Shown in pieces: positions 30,720 to 40,509 of a stretch of DNA of 57,099 nt (its first letter is position 1; the number at the start of each line of letters is the position of its first letter). A program made the position numbers and the translations under genes. The stretch comes from Promethearchaeota archaeon (GTDB taxonomy: Archaea > Asgardarchaeota > Lokiarchaeia > Sigyniarchaeales > SOKP01). Under the pieces are notes generated by a model that was given only the letters and a program-made list of their open reading frames with translations, had not been told where the DNA came from and made no database searches. Where the stretch lies: positions 1-57,099 of the forward strand of contig JABCSY010000013.1 of assembly GCA_018238625.1 (NCBI GenBank), given 5' to 3'.

Positions 30720-31310
30720 ATGAAGGAATTAAATCCTTTGTTGAGATCGTTTTTATATATAATAGGTGGAGAGATTGCCACAGAAGTAGGAATTCAATTA
30801 TTGAATTCTGAAAATACAGATATAACTGATGAAGATATAACAGAAAATATTAAAGAAAGAATTAAAAGTGGAGATTATAAAATAGATTTTGACCCAGATG
30901 ATACAGTTATTTTAAAATTAAATACAGTAAGAAAAACCTTATACACGTTGTATAGTGCAAAATTAGCTCAATTTAGAAGAATACGTGATAAGTCTACAGG
31001 TTGGTTTATATATTACTGGTGGCATCAATTTGATTTGCTGGAAGAAATTTTAATGGAAAAAAAGAGAACAATAGAAAGAAAGTTAAGAGAAAGGTTAGAA
31101 TTTGAAGAAAATAACTATTTTTTTATATGCAAGAATTGTCGAGATTCAAATATTAAGTATAATTTTGACACGGCATTTGAATTGAATTTCAGATGTCCAA
31201 ATTGTGGAGATCCATTAGAAGCTCAAGATAATCAAAATTTTATTCAGTTTTTAAAAGAAAAAATAGTTTCAATTGAGAATGCTGATTTATCAATTAACTC
31301 AGAAATTTAA
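30720..31310 (+). CDS. tfe: Transcription factor E (TFIIE alpha)
   Basis: TDEDI, LNTVRKTLYTL, RDKSTGWFIYYW and FRCPNCG. Confidence 0.93.
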   Translation: MKELNPLLRSFLYIIGGEIATEVGIQLLNSENTDITDEDITENIKERIKSGDYKIDFDPDDTVILKLNTVRKTLYTLYSAKLAQFRRIRDKSTGWFIYYWWHQFDLLEEILMEKKRTIERKLRERLEFEENNYFFICKNCRDSNIKYNFDTAFELNFRCPNCGDPLEAQDNQNFIQFLKEKIVSIENADLSINSEI

Positions 31311-31381
31311 TTACTTCTCAGCATTGCATCAAAAAAGATATTTCTAATAAAAATTATCTAAACTTCCAAGGTTTATTAAAA

Positions 31382-31918
31382 TTAATCTTTCTTTTTTGTA
31401 ATAAAAGCAATATCACCAAGAGAGGAACCGCGAGTTTTTTTCATATACTTGCTTTGTTTAGCACTTGGTTCAATTTCATCTATTTTCTTAAGAAGCGTAA
31501 TCTTATAGACTTTTTCTATTTTTTTTGCCAATTTTAAAGTTGGTTCAACTTTTCCGGCTTCAATTCTTCTTAGTAAAGAAGGTTTCTCGTTTAATTTTTG
31601 AGCAAATTGATCTTGATTAAATCCACGGGAATTTCGAGCGTTTCTAATTCTTTTCGCGTAATCATGAACAATTTCAATATTTTCATCGCCATCTCTTTTA
31701 GGCACAAATCTTTTCACGGGGCTCTTAAGTTTAGCATATGTCTGCTGTTGAGAAAAGGGTTTTTTAGGTTCACTCCGGATTTTTTTACCATATTGGGCAC
31801 AACTTTGACACACAGTAATTTTTGCTTCTTCTATTAAAACTTTTTGTCCTTTTCCCCATATTTTACCTCCACATATGGGGCATTCCTTATCAAATTGATT
31901 CGATACTTTTTTTGACAT
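31382..31918 (-). CDS. Multiprotein bridging factor aMBF1
   Basis: N-terminal CPICG...CQSC zinc ribbon, HTH (IRNAR...LRRIEAG) and SLGDI tail; next to pan. Confidence 0.92.
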   Translation of the reverse strand: MSKKVSNQFDKECPICGGKIWGKGQKVLIEEAKITVCQSCAQYGKKIRSEPKKPFSQQQTYAKLKSPVKRFVPKRDGDENIEIVHDYAKRIRNARNSRGFNQDQFAQKLNEKPSLLRRIEAGKVEPTLKLAKKIEKVYKITLLKKIDEIEPSAKQSKYMKKTRGSSLGDIAFITKKKD

Positions 31919-32152
31919 AATATAATCTGATACAATAATTTCTAAGGAAAAGTACTATATATAATGAATTGGATGTAGAACTCTTAAAATTTTCTGTTTA
32001 AAGCTAAAAATCGTTATAAAATATAACCTATAAATTTTTTAGAAATCGATAATTTTATCTTATTAGTGTATTACCTTAAATTTAAATGAATAAATAGTTA
32101 TTAATAATTTAGAAATTTTTCTTGAAATTTAAATAAAAGATGGGAGTTTTTT

Positions 32153-33361
32153 TTGACTACAACCAAAGAAAGGAGAAAAAAGGAAGAAACTAAGGATGAA
32201 GAGTATTTAATTACTTACACAAGGCACCTGGAAAAGAGATTAAGAAATTTAGAGACTGAAAAACAGTTATTAGACGCTGAACGCCTAAGATTGGAACAAG
32301 AACTACATAGTTTAAGAAATGAAATTGATCGATTAAGAGAACCTCCTTTAGTATCTGCTACTGTAATTGATATGCTAGACGAAACGGGTAAGGTTATTGT
32401 AAAAAGCTCTACTGGTCCTAGCTTCGTTGTTAATCCTAGTAGGAGAGTTAAAAACGAAAATTTAACTCCAGGAATGAGAGTCGCTTTAAACCAGAGAACA
32501 TTTGCAATAATGGAAATCTTACCAACAAAATTAGATCCCTTTGTAAAAGGAATGGAAGTTATCGATGCAATTCCCGATATAAGTTACGAAGATGTCGGTG
32601 GTTTGAATGACCAAATATTAGAAGTAAGAGAAACTGTTGAATTACCTCTGTTAAAACCAGAATTGTTTAAAAGAATAGGGATTGATCCGCCTAACGGTGT
32701 TTTACTTTTTGGCCCTCCAGGGACCGGTAAAACGTTAGTTGCGAAAGCGGTTGCCCATGAAACAAACGCTACATTCATTAGAATAATCGGATCGGAGTTA
32801 GTTCAAAAGTTTATTGGTGAAGGTGCTCGTTTGGTCAGAGAAATATTTAATTTAGCAAAGCAAAAAGCTCCCGCTATATTATTTATAGATGAATTAGATG
32901 CTATCGGGTCTCAAAGATTAAAGATTGCTACATCTGGCGATAGAGAAGTACAAAGGACTTTAATGCAACTATTAAGTGAATTAGATGGATTTGAAGAAAG
33001 AGGAGATGTAAAAATAATTGGCGCAACAAATAGAATTGACATTTTAGATCCAGCTTTATTAAGACCTGGTAGATTTGATAGAATGATTGATTTTCCAATC
33101 CCAGATGGAGACGCAAGAACATCAATCTTTAAAATTCACACAAGAAAGTTAAGCATTGATGGAGTATTAAACTTAAAAAAATTGGTTGAATTAACTGAAG
33201 GAGCAACGGGAGCTGACATAAAAGCAATCTGCACTGAAGCTGGGATGTTTGCAATAAGAAAAGAAGCTGAAGTAATTATTAAAGACGATTTTATCGAAGC
33301 AATAAATAAAGTTATGAATAAAATGAAAGATAAAGCTATTGATTCTAAGTTATACTCTTAA
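32153..33361 (+). CDS. pan: Proteasome-activating nucleotidase
   Basis: Coiled coil, [24 protein letters not shown] and C-terminal HbYX (LYS). Confidence 0.97.
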   Translation: MTTTKERRKKEETKDEEYLITYTRHLEKRLRNLETEKQLLDAERLRLEQELHSLRNEIDRLREPPLVSATVIDMLDETGKVIVKSSTGPSFVVNPSRRVKNENLTPGMRVALNQRTFAIMEILPTKLDPFVKGMEVIDAIPDISYEDVGGLNDQILEVRETVELPLLKPELFKRIGIDPPNGVLLFGPPGTGKTLVAKAVAHETNATFIRIIGSELVQKFIGEGARLVREIFNLAKQKAPAILFIDELDAIGSQRLKIATSGDREVQRTLMQLLSELDGFEERGDVKIIGATNRIDILDPALLRPGRFDRMIDFPIPDGDARTSIFKIHTRKLSIDGVLNLKKLVELTEGATGADIKAICTEAGMFAIRKEAEVIIKDDFIEAINKVMNKMKDKAIDSKLYS

Positions 33362-33430
33362 TCTTCCTTTTTACAAACATATTAAATATTTATAACTTTA
33401 TTTTTATGTAAATAGTTGCAGTAATTTAAT

Positions 33431-33922
33431 ATGGAGAACAAACTATTCTTTGCTTTAAGAAAAGTAAAGGCTATTTCTGATTACCAATTTGGACAAACAA
33501 TTACCAATATTCTATTTGAAAATGATAATGATATCCATATTGAGTTTTCTAAAAACACGGATAAAATTAAGCATATATATTACGATAAGAAACTTTTGTT
33601 AAATTTGAGACCAACTAATGGATTCTTTACATTAAGTTTATTTGCAGCTAATAAAATAATTAAACACGTTCCAACACCGAGAATGAGAGCAGTCGTGTTG
33701 AATGATATATCTGACTTTATTAGAAAAGGACGAAATGTTTTTTGTAAACATGTTTTAGATATAGATGATAATTTAAGACCTTTAGATGAAATAATTGTTG
33801 TTAATCAAAAGAATAACATTTTAGCAATTGGAAGACTAGCGATCCCCATTCCTTATGTTCGAAGTTTTAAAACTGGAATCGCAATAAAAGTTCGGAAAGG
33901 AATCGATAAATCAAAATTATAA
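33431..33922 (+). CDS. PUA-domain RNA-binding protein (TGT C-terminal-like)
   Basis: DYQFG, GRNVFCKHV, LRPLDEIIVV and GIAIKVRKG. Confidence 0.8.
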   Translation: MENKLFFALRKVKAISDYQFGQTITNILFENDNDIHIEFSKNTDKIKHIYYDKKLLLNLRPTNGFFTLSLFAANKIIKHVPTPRMRAVVLNDISDFIRKGRNVFCKHVLDIDDNLRPLDEIIVVNQKNNILAIGRLAIPIPYVRSFKTGIAIKVRKGIDKSKL

Positions 33923-33971
33923 GGTTTAATAAATTTTATAATATATACAGTTAGGAGTTATTGAGAAAAAA

Positions 33972-34451
33972 ATGGTAAAATTACCAAAAGAGATGCAAAA
34001 AAGGGAAAGCAACAAACCTAAGCGCCCTCAAGCAACAAAAAAAAGAGAAGGTCAACAATTTGCTTCAAGGCAAATGCGTCGCCGAATGCAACAGCAAGGA
34101 GTTGAAATGGATCAGATTAATGCCACTAGAGTGATAATAGAAGGAGTAGAAAAAACGCTCATAATTGATCAACCAGAAGTTGTTTTAATGAAACAAATGG
34201 GACAAGAAATCTATCAAATAATTGGTGAAGCACAAGAGTATTCTCCAGAGGATGTTTTAATTGGAGAAAAGGAAGACATTGAGACTACGGAACTTGCTGA
34301 AGAATCTGCAACAAAACCAATTATTACTGAAAATGATATTATGCTAGTAGCAGCTCAAGCAAATGTTAATAAGGAAGAGGCTAACGCAGCACTAGTTGAT
34401 AGTGAAGGAGATATAGCACGAGCTATTTTATTTCTGAAAAACAGACCTTAA
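33972..34451 (+). CDS. nac: Nascent polypeptide-associated complex protein
   Basis: RQMRRRMQQQG NAC domain and UBA (DIMLVAAQA...GDIARAI). Confidence 0.92.
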   Translation: MVKLPKEMQKRESNKPKRPQATKKREGQQFASRQMRRRMQQQGVEMDQINATRVIIEGVEKTLIIDQPEVVLMKQMGQEIYQIIGEAQEYSPEDVLIGEKEDIETTELAEESATKPIITENDIMLVAAQANVNKEEANAALVDSEGDIARAILFLKNRP

Positions 34452-34536
34452 TTTACTATCAAACAAAATTAGCAAAAAAAAAGAATTAAGAATCATAAAC
34501 CATTCACAATTATATAAACAATTTGGTAAGAATGTT

Positions 34537-34890
34537 ATGTCAAAAGTAAAGAAAAAACCTACTGGGCTACATGGGGGCTTATCCGAAGAAGAAGTAAAAT
34601 TCGAAAAAATTATGCACTTTTCAGGTTGGATATTTTTAATTGCTCTAACTTTATTAATGGGAACATTTGTTATTTTCGATTCTGTATTAGGGTTAATTGA
34701 ATTAGAATTAAATGCATCAACATTTACGTTAATGATTTTTTTCGGGACTAATTCTGCAATTAATTTTGGATTAGCTACAAGGATAAAAAAAAATAGAGAT
34801 CAAAAAAGGATATTGTACTTTGATTGGTTAATGGGTGAATTCCTACTTAGCATAATTGCTATTATTGCTGTAGCTGTTTACCAATGGTAA
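34537..34890 (+). CDS. Hypothetical membrane protein (~3 TM)
   Basis: 117-aa hydrophobic ORF. Confidence 0.6.
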   Translation: MSKVKKKPTGLHGGLSEEEVKFEKIMHFSGWIFLIALTLLMGTFVIFDSVLGLIELELNASTFTLMIFFGTNSAINFGLATRIKKNRDQKRILYFDWLMGEFLLSIIAIIAVAVYQW

Positions 34891-34920
34891 TCATCTTTAA
34901 TTACATTTCGATTACCAACT

Positions 34921-35250
34921 TTATTTATAATCTTCTCTTGCTGGACTAAATACATCAATAACATCCGTATCTTCCAATATTATCGCACCGTGTTTTTCGT
35001 TAGAATCAAAAACATAACTATCTCCTTCTTTTGCTATGAATTCTCCATTTTCAGTAATAAATTTTAATTTACCATTTAACACATATCCAATTTGATGTTC
35101 TTTATGTGAATGCAAGGGAATTTGTGAGCCTTTAATTAGATTAAAATAGCATAACATTACATTCTTGTTATAGGTTAAAGTTTTTCTATATATTCCGTGT
35201 AATATTTCTATTGAATCAACAGAATTTTTGCTTACGGGGTTTTTTCTCAT
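34921..35250 (-). CDS. Cupin domain protein
   Basis: PLHSHKEHQIGY, GDSYVF..NEKHG and DVFSPAREDY. Confidence 0.88.
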   Translation of the reverse strand: MRKNPVSKNSVDSIEILHGIYRKTLTYNKNVMLCYFNLIKGSQIPLHSHKEHQIGYVLNGKLKFITENGEFIAKEGDSYVFDSNEKHGAIILEDTDVIDVFSPAREDYK

Positions 35251-35674
35251 CTAAAAAACACTTTTAATTTGATTTTATTGCTTTTTTGTTTAAATATACT
35301 CATAGTCTTTAATTTTTAAATTTTATAAAATCAATTGAAAATTACAAAATCGGTAAAGACGACATTAATTTATTTAAGGATAAAATAACGAGATTAAATA
35401 TAGCTCTTTCGAATTTTTCTGAAATGTTATAAGGATTTCTGCGGTTTGATTAACTGGTGTTTTAAAATTCAAATCAAGAGTTAATAAATTAAGTTTAAAT
35501 TGGAAAAAAAAATACATTTTTATATCAATAAAGGTAAAATATAAACGATAACAAATAATTATTAAGGGTATTGTTTCAGTTCATAGTGCCGACAAAAATG
35601 TTTGGCTTTAAACTTGATAATATACCTTTATCTCTTATTAGAACATTATAAATTAAATTTTGTGATGGATTGCT

Positions 35675-37804
35675 ATGGTATTGATTCCAGAATCTGAAAC
35701 AACAGAAGTTAATAAAGGTTTAAAAAGTGGTTTTTTAAAAAGTTTATTACCAAGAGTTTCCCGAACTGAAGGTGATGTAGTTCCCTTTGATCCTCTAAAA
35801 ATAAAACAGAGTATTGTTAAAGAAACAGGGTTAAACGATAAAGTCGCTGATAGTATTACTGAATTAGCGGTTAGAAGAATCATATCCTCCGGCATAATGT
35901 TTCTTTCTGGTCCACACATTAGGGAAATTGTCTGTTCAATATTATCTGAACAACATTTTGAAGATGAACGAAAGTTATATACCAGAATAGGTATGCCGTT
36001 GATGGACTACGAAGCAATTTTAGAGAAGGGCGTGAATGAAAATGCTAATCAAGATATGAATCCTGAGAGCATCCATCATTGGGCTGCTAATAGAATATCT
36101 GACGAATATGCCCTTTTAAGAATTTTAAACTCAAAAGAAGCGCACGCTCATCTATATGGAGACATTCACGTACATATGCTCAGGTATTTTGATTTACGGC
36201 CATTTTGCCAAGAATGGGATCCTCGTATGATTCTTGAACATGGTCTTCCACCTGTCGATAGTTGGGCACATTGTAGCAAATCTGGACCTGCAGGTAGTTT
36301 GCGAGTGGCAGTTACACACTTAGCAAAATGGTTGGGAGTTATTCAAGGAGAATTTTCAGGAGGGCAAGGTTATGATTATATTACCACTTTCCTTGCCCCT
36401 TATGTACGAGGGCTTTCTCAAAAAGAAATTGAGCAATCAATGCAGTGTTTAATATTCGAAACAAATCAAATTTTTGCAGCAAGAGGTGGTCAAGTACCGT
36501 TTACATCGATTTCTTGCACTCCTACGGTTCCAGAGGGTTTATTAAATATTCCTGCTATTGGCCCTCATGGAAAAAATATTGGTTTATATGGAGATTATAA
36601 AGAAGAATGTCTTAAACTTTTTGACGCTTTAACAGAAGTTTATATAAAAGGAGATTATAACGGGAAACTATTTGCGTTTCCAAAACATGAGGTTAAAATA
36701 AAAAAAGAGTGGCTTAAAGAATTCGAACCATCTTACATTAAAATAATGGAAGAAGTAGCTACGATGGGGACTCCATATTTTCTAAATATGTGTCCAGATT
36801 GGATGCCAGACGAAATTCATAGTCAGTGTTGCAGAAAATTTCTAAGTGGTAATCAAATTATAAGTCAATGTATTGTAGATCCTGAAAAAAGGAAAAATGC
36901 TAACATATGGGAAAATTATGTTACTATTGGTTCACTTCAAAGCGTTAGTCTAAATTTACCTAGATACGCATACATGTCTAACAATGAAGACGATTACATT
37001 AGGATTTTGGATGAAAAAATGGAGCTTTCAGCTAGAATCCTAAAGAAAAAATGGGATTTAATGGAAAGGCGATTAAAAACAGGGCATCTACCCTTATGTA
37101 GTGGCAAAATTAATGGTGACCCAATTTTTAAATTGCGAGATCAAAATCTTTCAATAGGTTTTACTGGCTTGAATGAAGCCGTAAAAAGCATGACCGGTTT
37201 TGAATTGCACGAAAATGATACAGCATATAACCTTGGGAAAGAAATATTGGAATATATGGTTGCTAAATGTAATACGATGACAGAAAGGGATGGAGTTTCC
37301 TATTCACTTTGGGAGCAGCCGTCAGAGAGCTCGAGTGGGCGTTTTGCAAGACTAGATCTGAAACATTTTCCAAAGAAAGCCATTCCTCAATCTTCTGGTG
37401 AATCTGCTTATTATACAAATTCAAGTCATTTACGATATGATGCAGACATATCTTTATCTGAAAGAATTCGAAAACAGGGAGATTATCATCCTATTGTAAA
37501 CGGAGGAGTAATTACCCATATTTGGTTAGGGGAACAAAAACCGGATATTCACGCTCTTTGGGAACTCACAAAAAATATTTGTCTTAATACAAACACAGCG
37601 TATTTTGCCTATACTACAGATTTTATATACTGTCCATCCTGTCGTAAGATGTATCGAGGAAGTCAATTTAAGTGTCCTCAATGTTATTCTGAAGATGTGA
37701 AAGTATACTCAAGAGTTACTGGATATTACAGTGAAGTGAATAGATATAATTTAGGAAAAAGAGCGGAATGGGAAGCAAGAAAACGAGAAAATTTATTTAA
37801 ATAA
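35675..37804 (+). CDS. nrdD: Anaerobic (class III) ribonucleoside-triphosphate reductase with ATP cone
   Basis: ATP cone, GDIHVH, SQCCR, YYTNS, CxxC-CxxC and glycyl-radical SRVTGYY. Confidence 0.95.
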   Translation: MVLIPESETTEVNKGLKSGFLKSLLPRVSRTEGDVVPFDPLKIKQSIVKETGLNDKVADSITELAVRRIISSGIMFLSGPHIREIVCSILSEQHFEDERKLYTRIGMPLMDYEAILEKGVNENANQDMNPESIHHWAANRISDEYALLRILNSKEAHAHLYGDIHVHMLRYFDLRPFCQEWDPRMILEHGLPPVDSWAHCSKSGPAGSLRVAVTHLAKWLGVIQGEFSGGQGYDYITTFLAPYVRGLSQKEIEQSMQCLIFETNQIFAARGGQVPFTSISCTPTVPEGLLNIPAIGPHGKNIGLYGDYKEECLKLFDALTEVYIKGDYNGKLFAFPKHEVKIKKEWLKEFEPSYIKIMEEVATMGTPYFLNMCPDWMPDEIHSQCCRKFLSGNQIISQCIVDPEKRKNANIWENYVTIGSLQSVSLNLPRYAYMSNNEDDYIRILDEKMELSARILKKKWDLMERRLKTGHLPLCSGKINGDPIFKLRDQNLSIGFTGLNEAVKSMTGFELHENDTAYNLGKEILEYMVAKCNTMTERDGVSYSLWEQPSESSSGRFARLDLKHFPKKAIPQSSGESAYYTNSSHLRYDADISLSERIRKQGDYHPIVNGGVITHIWLGEQKPDIHALWELTKNICLNTNTAYFAYTTDFIYCPSCRKMYRGSQFKCPQCYSEDVKVYSRVTGYYSEVNRYNLGKRAEWEARKRENLFK

Positions 37805-37850
37805 TTTTTCTTTTTTAATTTCTTATATATTTTTAATTCATACTAAATAT

Positions 37851-38168
37851 ATGAACAAAGAATTATCACTTAAAGAATTTCAACAACAAATTGACGAATG
37901 GGTCCTCAATCACGGTGGTTATTGGCCTCCTCTTTCTATGCTCGGTGCAATTATAGAAGAAGTAGGAGAACTAGCAAAAGAAGTCAACCATCTTGAAGGT
38001 TTCAAACCAAAGAAGTCTGAGGACGCAAAATTAAATATTGGTGAAGAGCTCGCAGATGTCATTTTTGCGACAATCTGTGTTGCTAACTATTACAAAATAA
38101 ATATCAATTGGGAATTAGCCAATGTTATTGAAAAATATTCAAAAAGAGATTCAAAGAGATTTTTATAG
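37851..38168 (+). CDS. MazG-like nucleotide pyrophosphohydrolase
   Basis: EEVGELAKE, EELADV and KYSKRD. Confidence 0.88.
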   Translation: MNKELSLKEFQQQIDEWVLNHGGYWPPLSMLGAIIEEVGELAKEVNHLEGFKPKKSEDAKLNIGEELADVIFATICVANYYKININWELANVIEKYSKRDSKRFL

Positions 38169-38296
38169 CAAAAAAGAAGAGAATGAATTTTTAATTGAGA
38201 AAGCCGTTTCAATTTGAAAAATTTTAATCTTTTTATGCGTTATATTTTTTAAAACATCGGTAATGATAATAACAACTATTAATTTATAATAAAAAG

Positions 38297-39472
38297 ATGC
38301 TAAAAGAAGGATTAGAGAAACAAGAAATACTTAAATTACTTGAGAAAAAGTTAGAGAAAGATCTCTCGTACGATTCAGGTTTAATTTTGGGGTCTATGTG
38401 CACAGAGCCTTTAGATTTCGCTAAGAAAATTTATGTTAAATACATTTCCAAAAATTTAGGAGATCCCGGACTATTTTTAGGGACTGCAGCCTTAGAAGAT
38501 GAATTAGTACTCGAAATTGGTGAGTTATTTGGAAATAAAAATATAATCGGAACATTTACTACTGGAGGTTCAGAATCTAATTTAATCGCCATGAGAATTG
38601 CTAAAAAATTACGCCCTGATATAATAAATCCCGAGGTTGTCGTTTCTGCTTCAGCTCATATTTCCTTCGATAAAGCAGCCGACATGTTGGGTATTAAACT
38701 TAGAAAGGTACAATTAAGAGAGAATTTTGAATTAGATTTAAACCATTTCGAATCTCTTATCAATAATAATACATGCGGAGTTGTTGGAATTGCCGGTACA
38801 ACATCACTAGGTTTAATTGACCCAATCGAAGATATGGGTAAAATAATTGAAGGAGAGAATATTTTCTACCACATTGATGCCGCTTTTGGAGGATTTGTGT
38901 TACCATTTCTAAAAAAATTAAATTATAAAATCCCTCCATGGGATTTCTCAGTACAGGCTGTAAGTTCAATTACAGCGGATCCCCATAAAATGGGTTTAGG
39001 TGTAATACCTTCTGGGGGATTTTTCGTAAAAGATGCGTCAATACTACAAAAAATAGGTTTTGAAATTCCTTATTTAGCAGGAGGTAATTTTAAGCACTTT
39101 CATATGGTTGGAACCAGACCAGGAGGTCCAATTATCGCATTTTGGGTAATACTGAAAGCTTTAGGTATTAACGGTTTTACTAAGATGGTAAAAAAATGTA
39201 TGGATAATACTAAATATTTAGTAAAAAGGATATCTGAAATTAATGGGATAAAATTAGCTGCTAACCCCGTTATGAATGTAGTAGGCATAACAACAGAGAA
39301 CGGAGAAAGCATATGTGAAATTGATGAAGCATTACGTAATAACAAGTGGATGTTAGGTAAATTTATAGATTTTAATTTAATTAGAATTGTACTAATGCCA
39401 CATGTAAAAAGAGACCATTTATCTAATTTTACTTCTGATTTAGAAAAAATAGTAAAAAAACTAAATTTATAA
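38297..39472 (+). CDS. mfnA: L-tyrosine/L-aspartate decarboxylase
   Basis: GSMCTEP, NLGDPGLF, HIDAAFGG, PLP lysine in DPHKMG, and GTRPG. Confidence 0.92.
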   Translation: MLKEGLEKQEILKLLEKKLEKDLSYDSGLILGSMCTEPLDFAKKIYVKYISKNLGDPGLFLGTAALEDELVLEIGELFGNKNIIGTFTTGGSESNLIAMRIAKKLRPDIINPEVVVSASAHISFDKAADMLGIKLRKVQLRENFELDLNHFESLINNNTCGVVGIAGTTSLGLIDPIEDMGKIIEGENIFYHIDAAFGGFVLPFLKKLNYKIPPWDFSVQAVSSITADPHKMGLGVIPSGGFFVKDASILQKIGFEIPYLAGGNFKHFHMVGTRPGGPIIAFWVILKALGINGFTKMVKKCMDNTKYLVKRISEINGIKLAANPVMNVVGITTENGESICEIDEALRNNKWMLGKFIDFNLIRIVLMPHVKRDHLSNFTSDLEKIVKKLNL

Positions 39473-39593
39473 TAAGTTTAGTTAAATAAAAGTTTTATAA
39501 TGTCCATCAGAAATATATTTATAAACCAAAAAGTCATTTAATAATTTATATAGATTTATTAGGGTTTAATCTCTCTTAAGAAATGAAATAGGA

Positions 39594-40484
39594 ATGGGAA
39601 AAGAAAAAAAAAAAAAACTTGGAATAAAAACAACAAGATATTTTACTAAAACTTGTACTAAATGCAAGGTTGAATACCCAAATTGGTTTACGAATTGCCC
39701 TAAATGTGGTGCTGCTTGGGATTCTGTAGAAGCGGAAAATATTACTAGTACGAAGGAAGCGCTAAAGAAAACAATAAAAATTGTTGTTAAAATTACAGAG
39801 GAAGATTTTAATAACGCATTAGAGAGAGTTAAATTAATTTTTAGCGCTGACCAAGGGCGATCTTGGTATCAAATGGAAATGGAGAACCAATTGGACTTTT
39901 TTATAGCAGAAATCACTGATGTTCCTGTTGGATCTGATATTATTTATTACATTGAAGTTATATTAATTCATGGTGAGCAAATTATCGAAAATAATGAGGG
40001 TAATTATTTTCATTATAGAGTTGGCGTACCTATCGAAGATTTAGAAAAAGATCAACAATTTTCTAAAGAAAAAATCATAAATCAAGAGAAGAAACAACTG
40101 AATAAAGCTGTAAATGAATATAACGAGGTTTTAGAAGATTTCACGATATCAAAAACACAAATCCCAAATGATCTAGTCCAAAAACCACCGAAACCACAAC
40201 CTGAATATTTTAATCCTAAATCAGAATCAAAAAACTTGCTTTTGTTGGATGCAAATTCAAAAAAGGAAATGATTAACAATTCAACTGGGATCTCTGAAAT
40301 TTTTATTAATAAACCTAGTATGCACCCATCTCAGCATCCAAAAGAATATAGTGCTGAAGATAATATTACTATCTTTGGAAAACTTCAAACTAAAATTGAT
40401 CCAGATTTAAAAATATGTCATCATTGTAATTCTAAAATAAAAAAATTATGGAGCACATGCCCAATATGTGGAAAGGATCTTTAG
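39594..40484 (+). CDS. Protein with N- and C-terminal zinc ribbons and a central beta-rich domain
   Basis: CTKC...CPKCG at the N-terminus, CHHC...CPICG at the C-terminus, and central IIYYIEV...ENNEGNYFHY. Confidence 0.7.
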   Translation: MGKEKKKKLGIKTTRYFTKTCTKCKVEYPNWFTNCPKCGAAWDSVEAENITSTKEALKKTIKIVVKITEEDFNNALERVKLIFSADQGRSWYQMEMENQLDFFIAEITDVPVGSDIIYYIEVILIHGEQIIENNEGNYFHYRVGVPIEDLEKDQQFSKEKIINQEKKQLNKAVNEYNEVLEDFTISKTQIPNDLVQKPPKPQPEYFNPKSESKNLLLLDANSKKEMINNSTGISEIFINKPSMHPSQHPKEYSAEDNITIFGKLQTKIDPDLKICHHCNSKIKKLWSTCPICGKDL

Positions 40485-40509
40485 CACATTGTTTTAAAAT
40501 AAATAAAAA

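Noticed and set aside
35588-35607. Imperfect palindrome GCCGACA...TGTTTGGC upstream of nrdD
   Set aside because: A single weak instance that does not match an NrdR box I can recognise.
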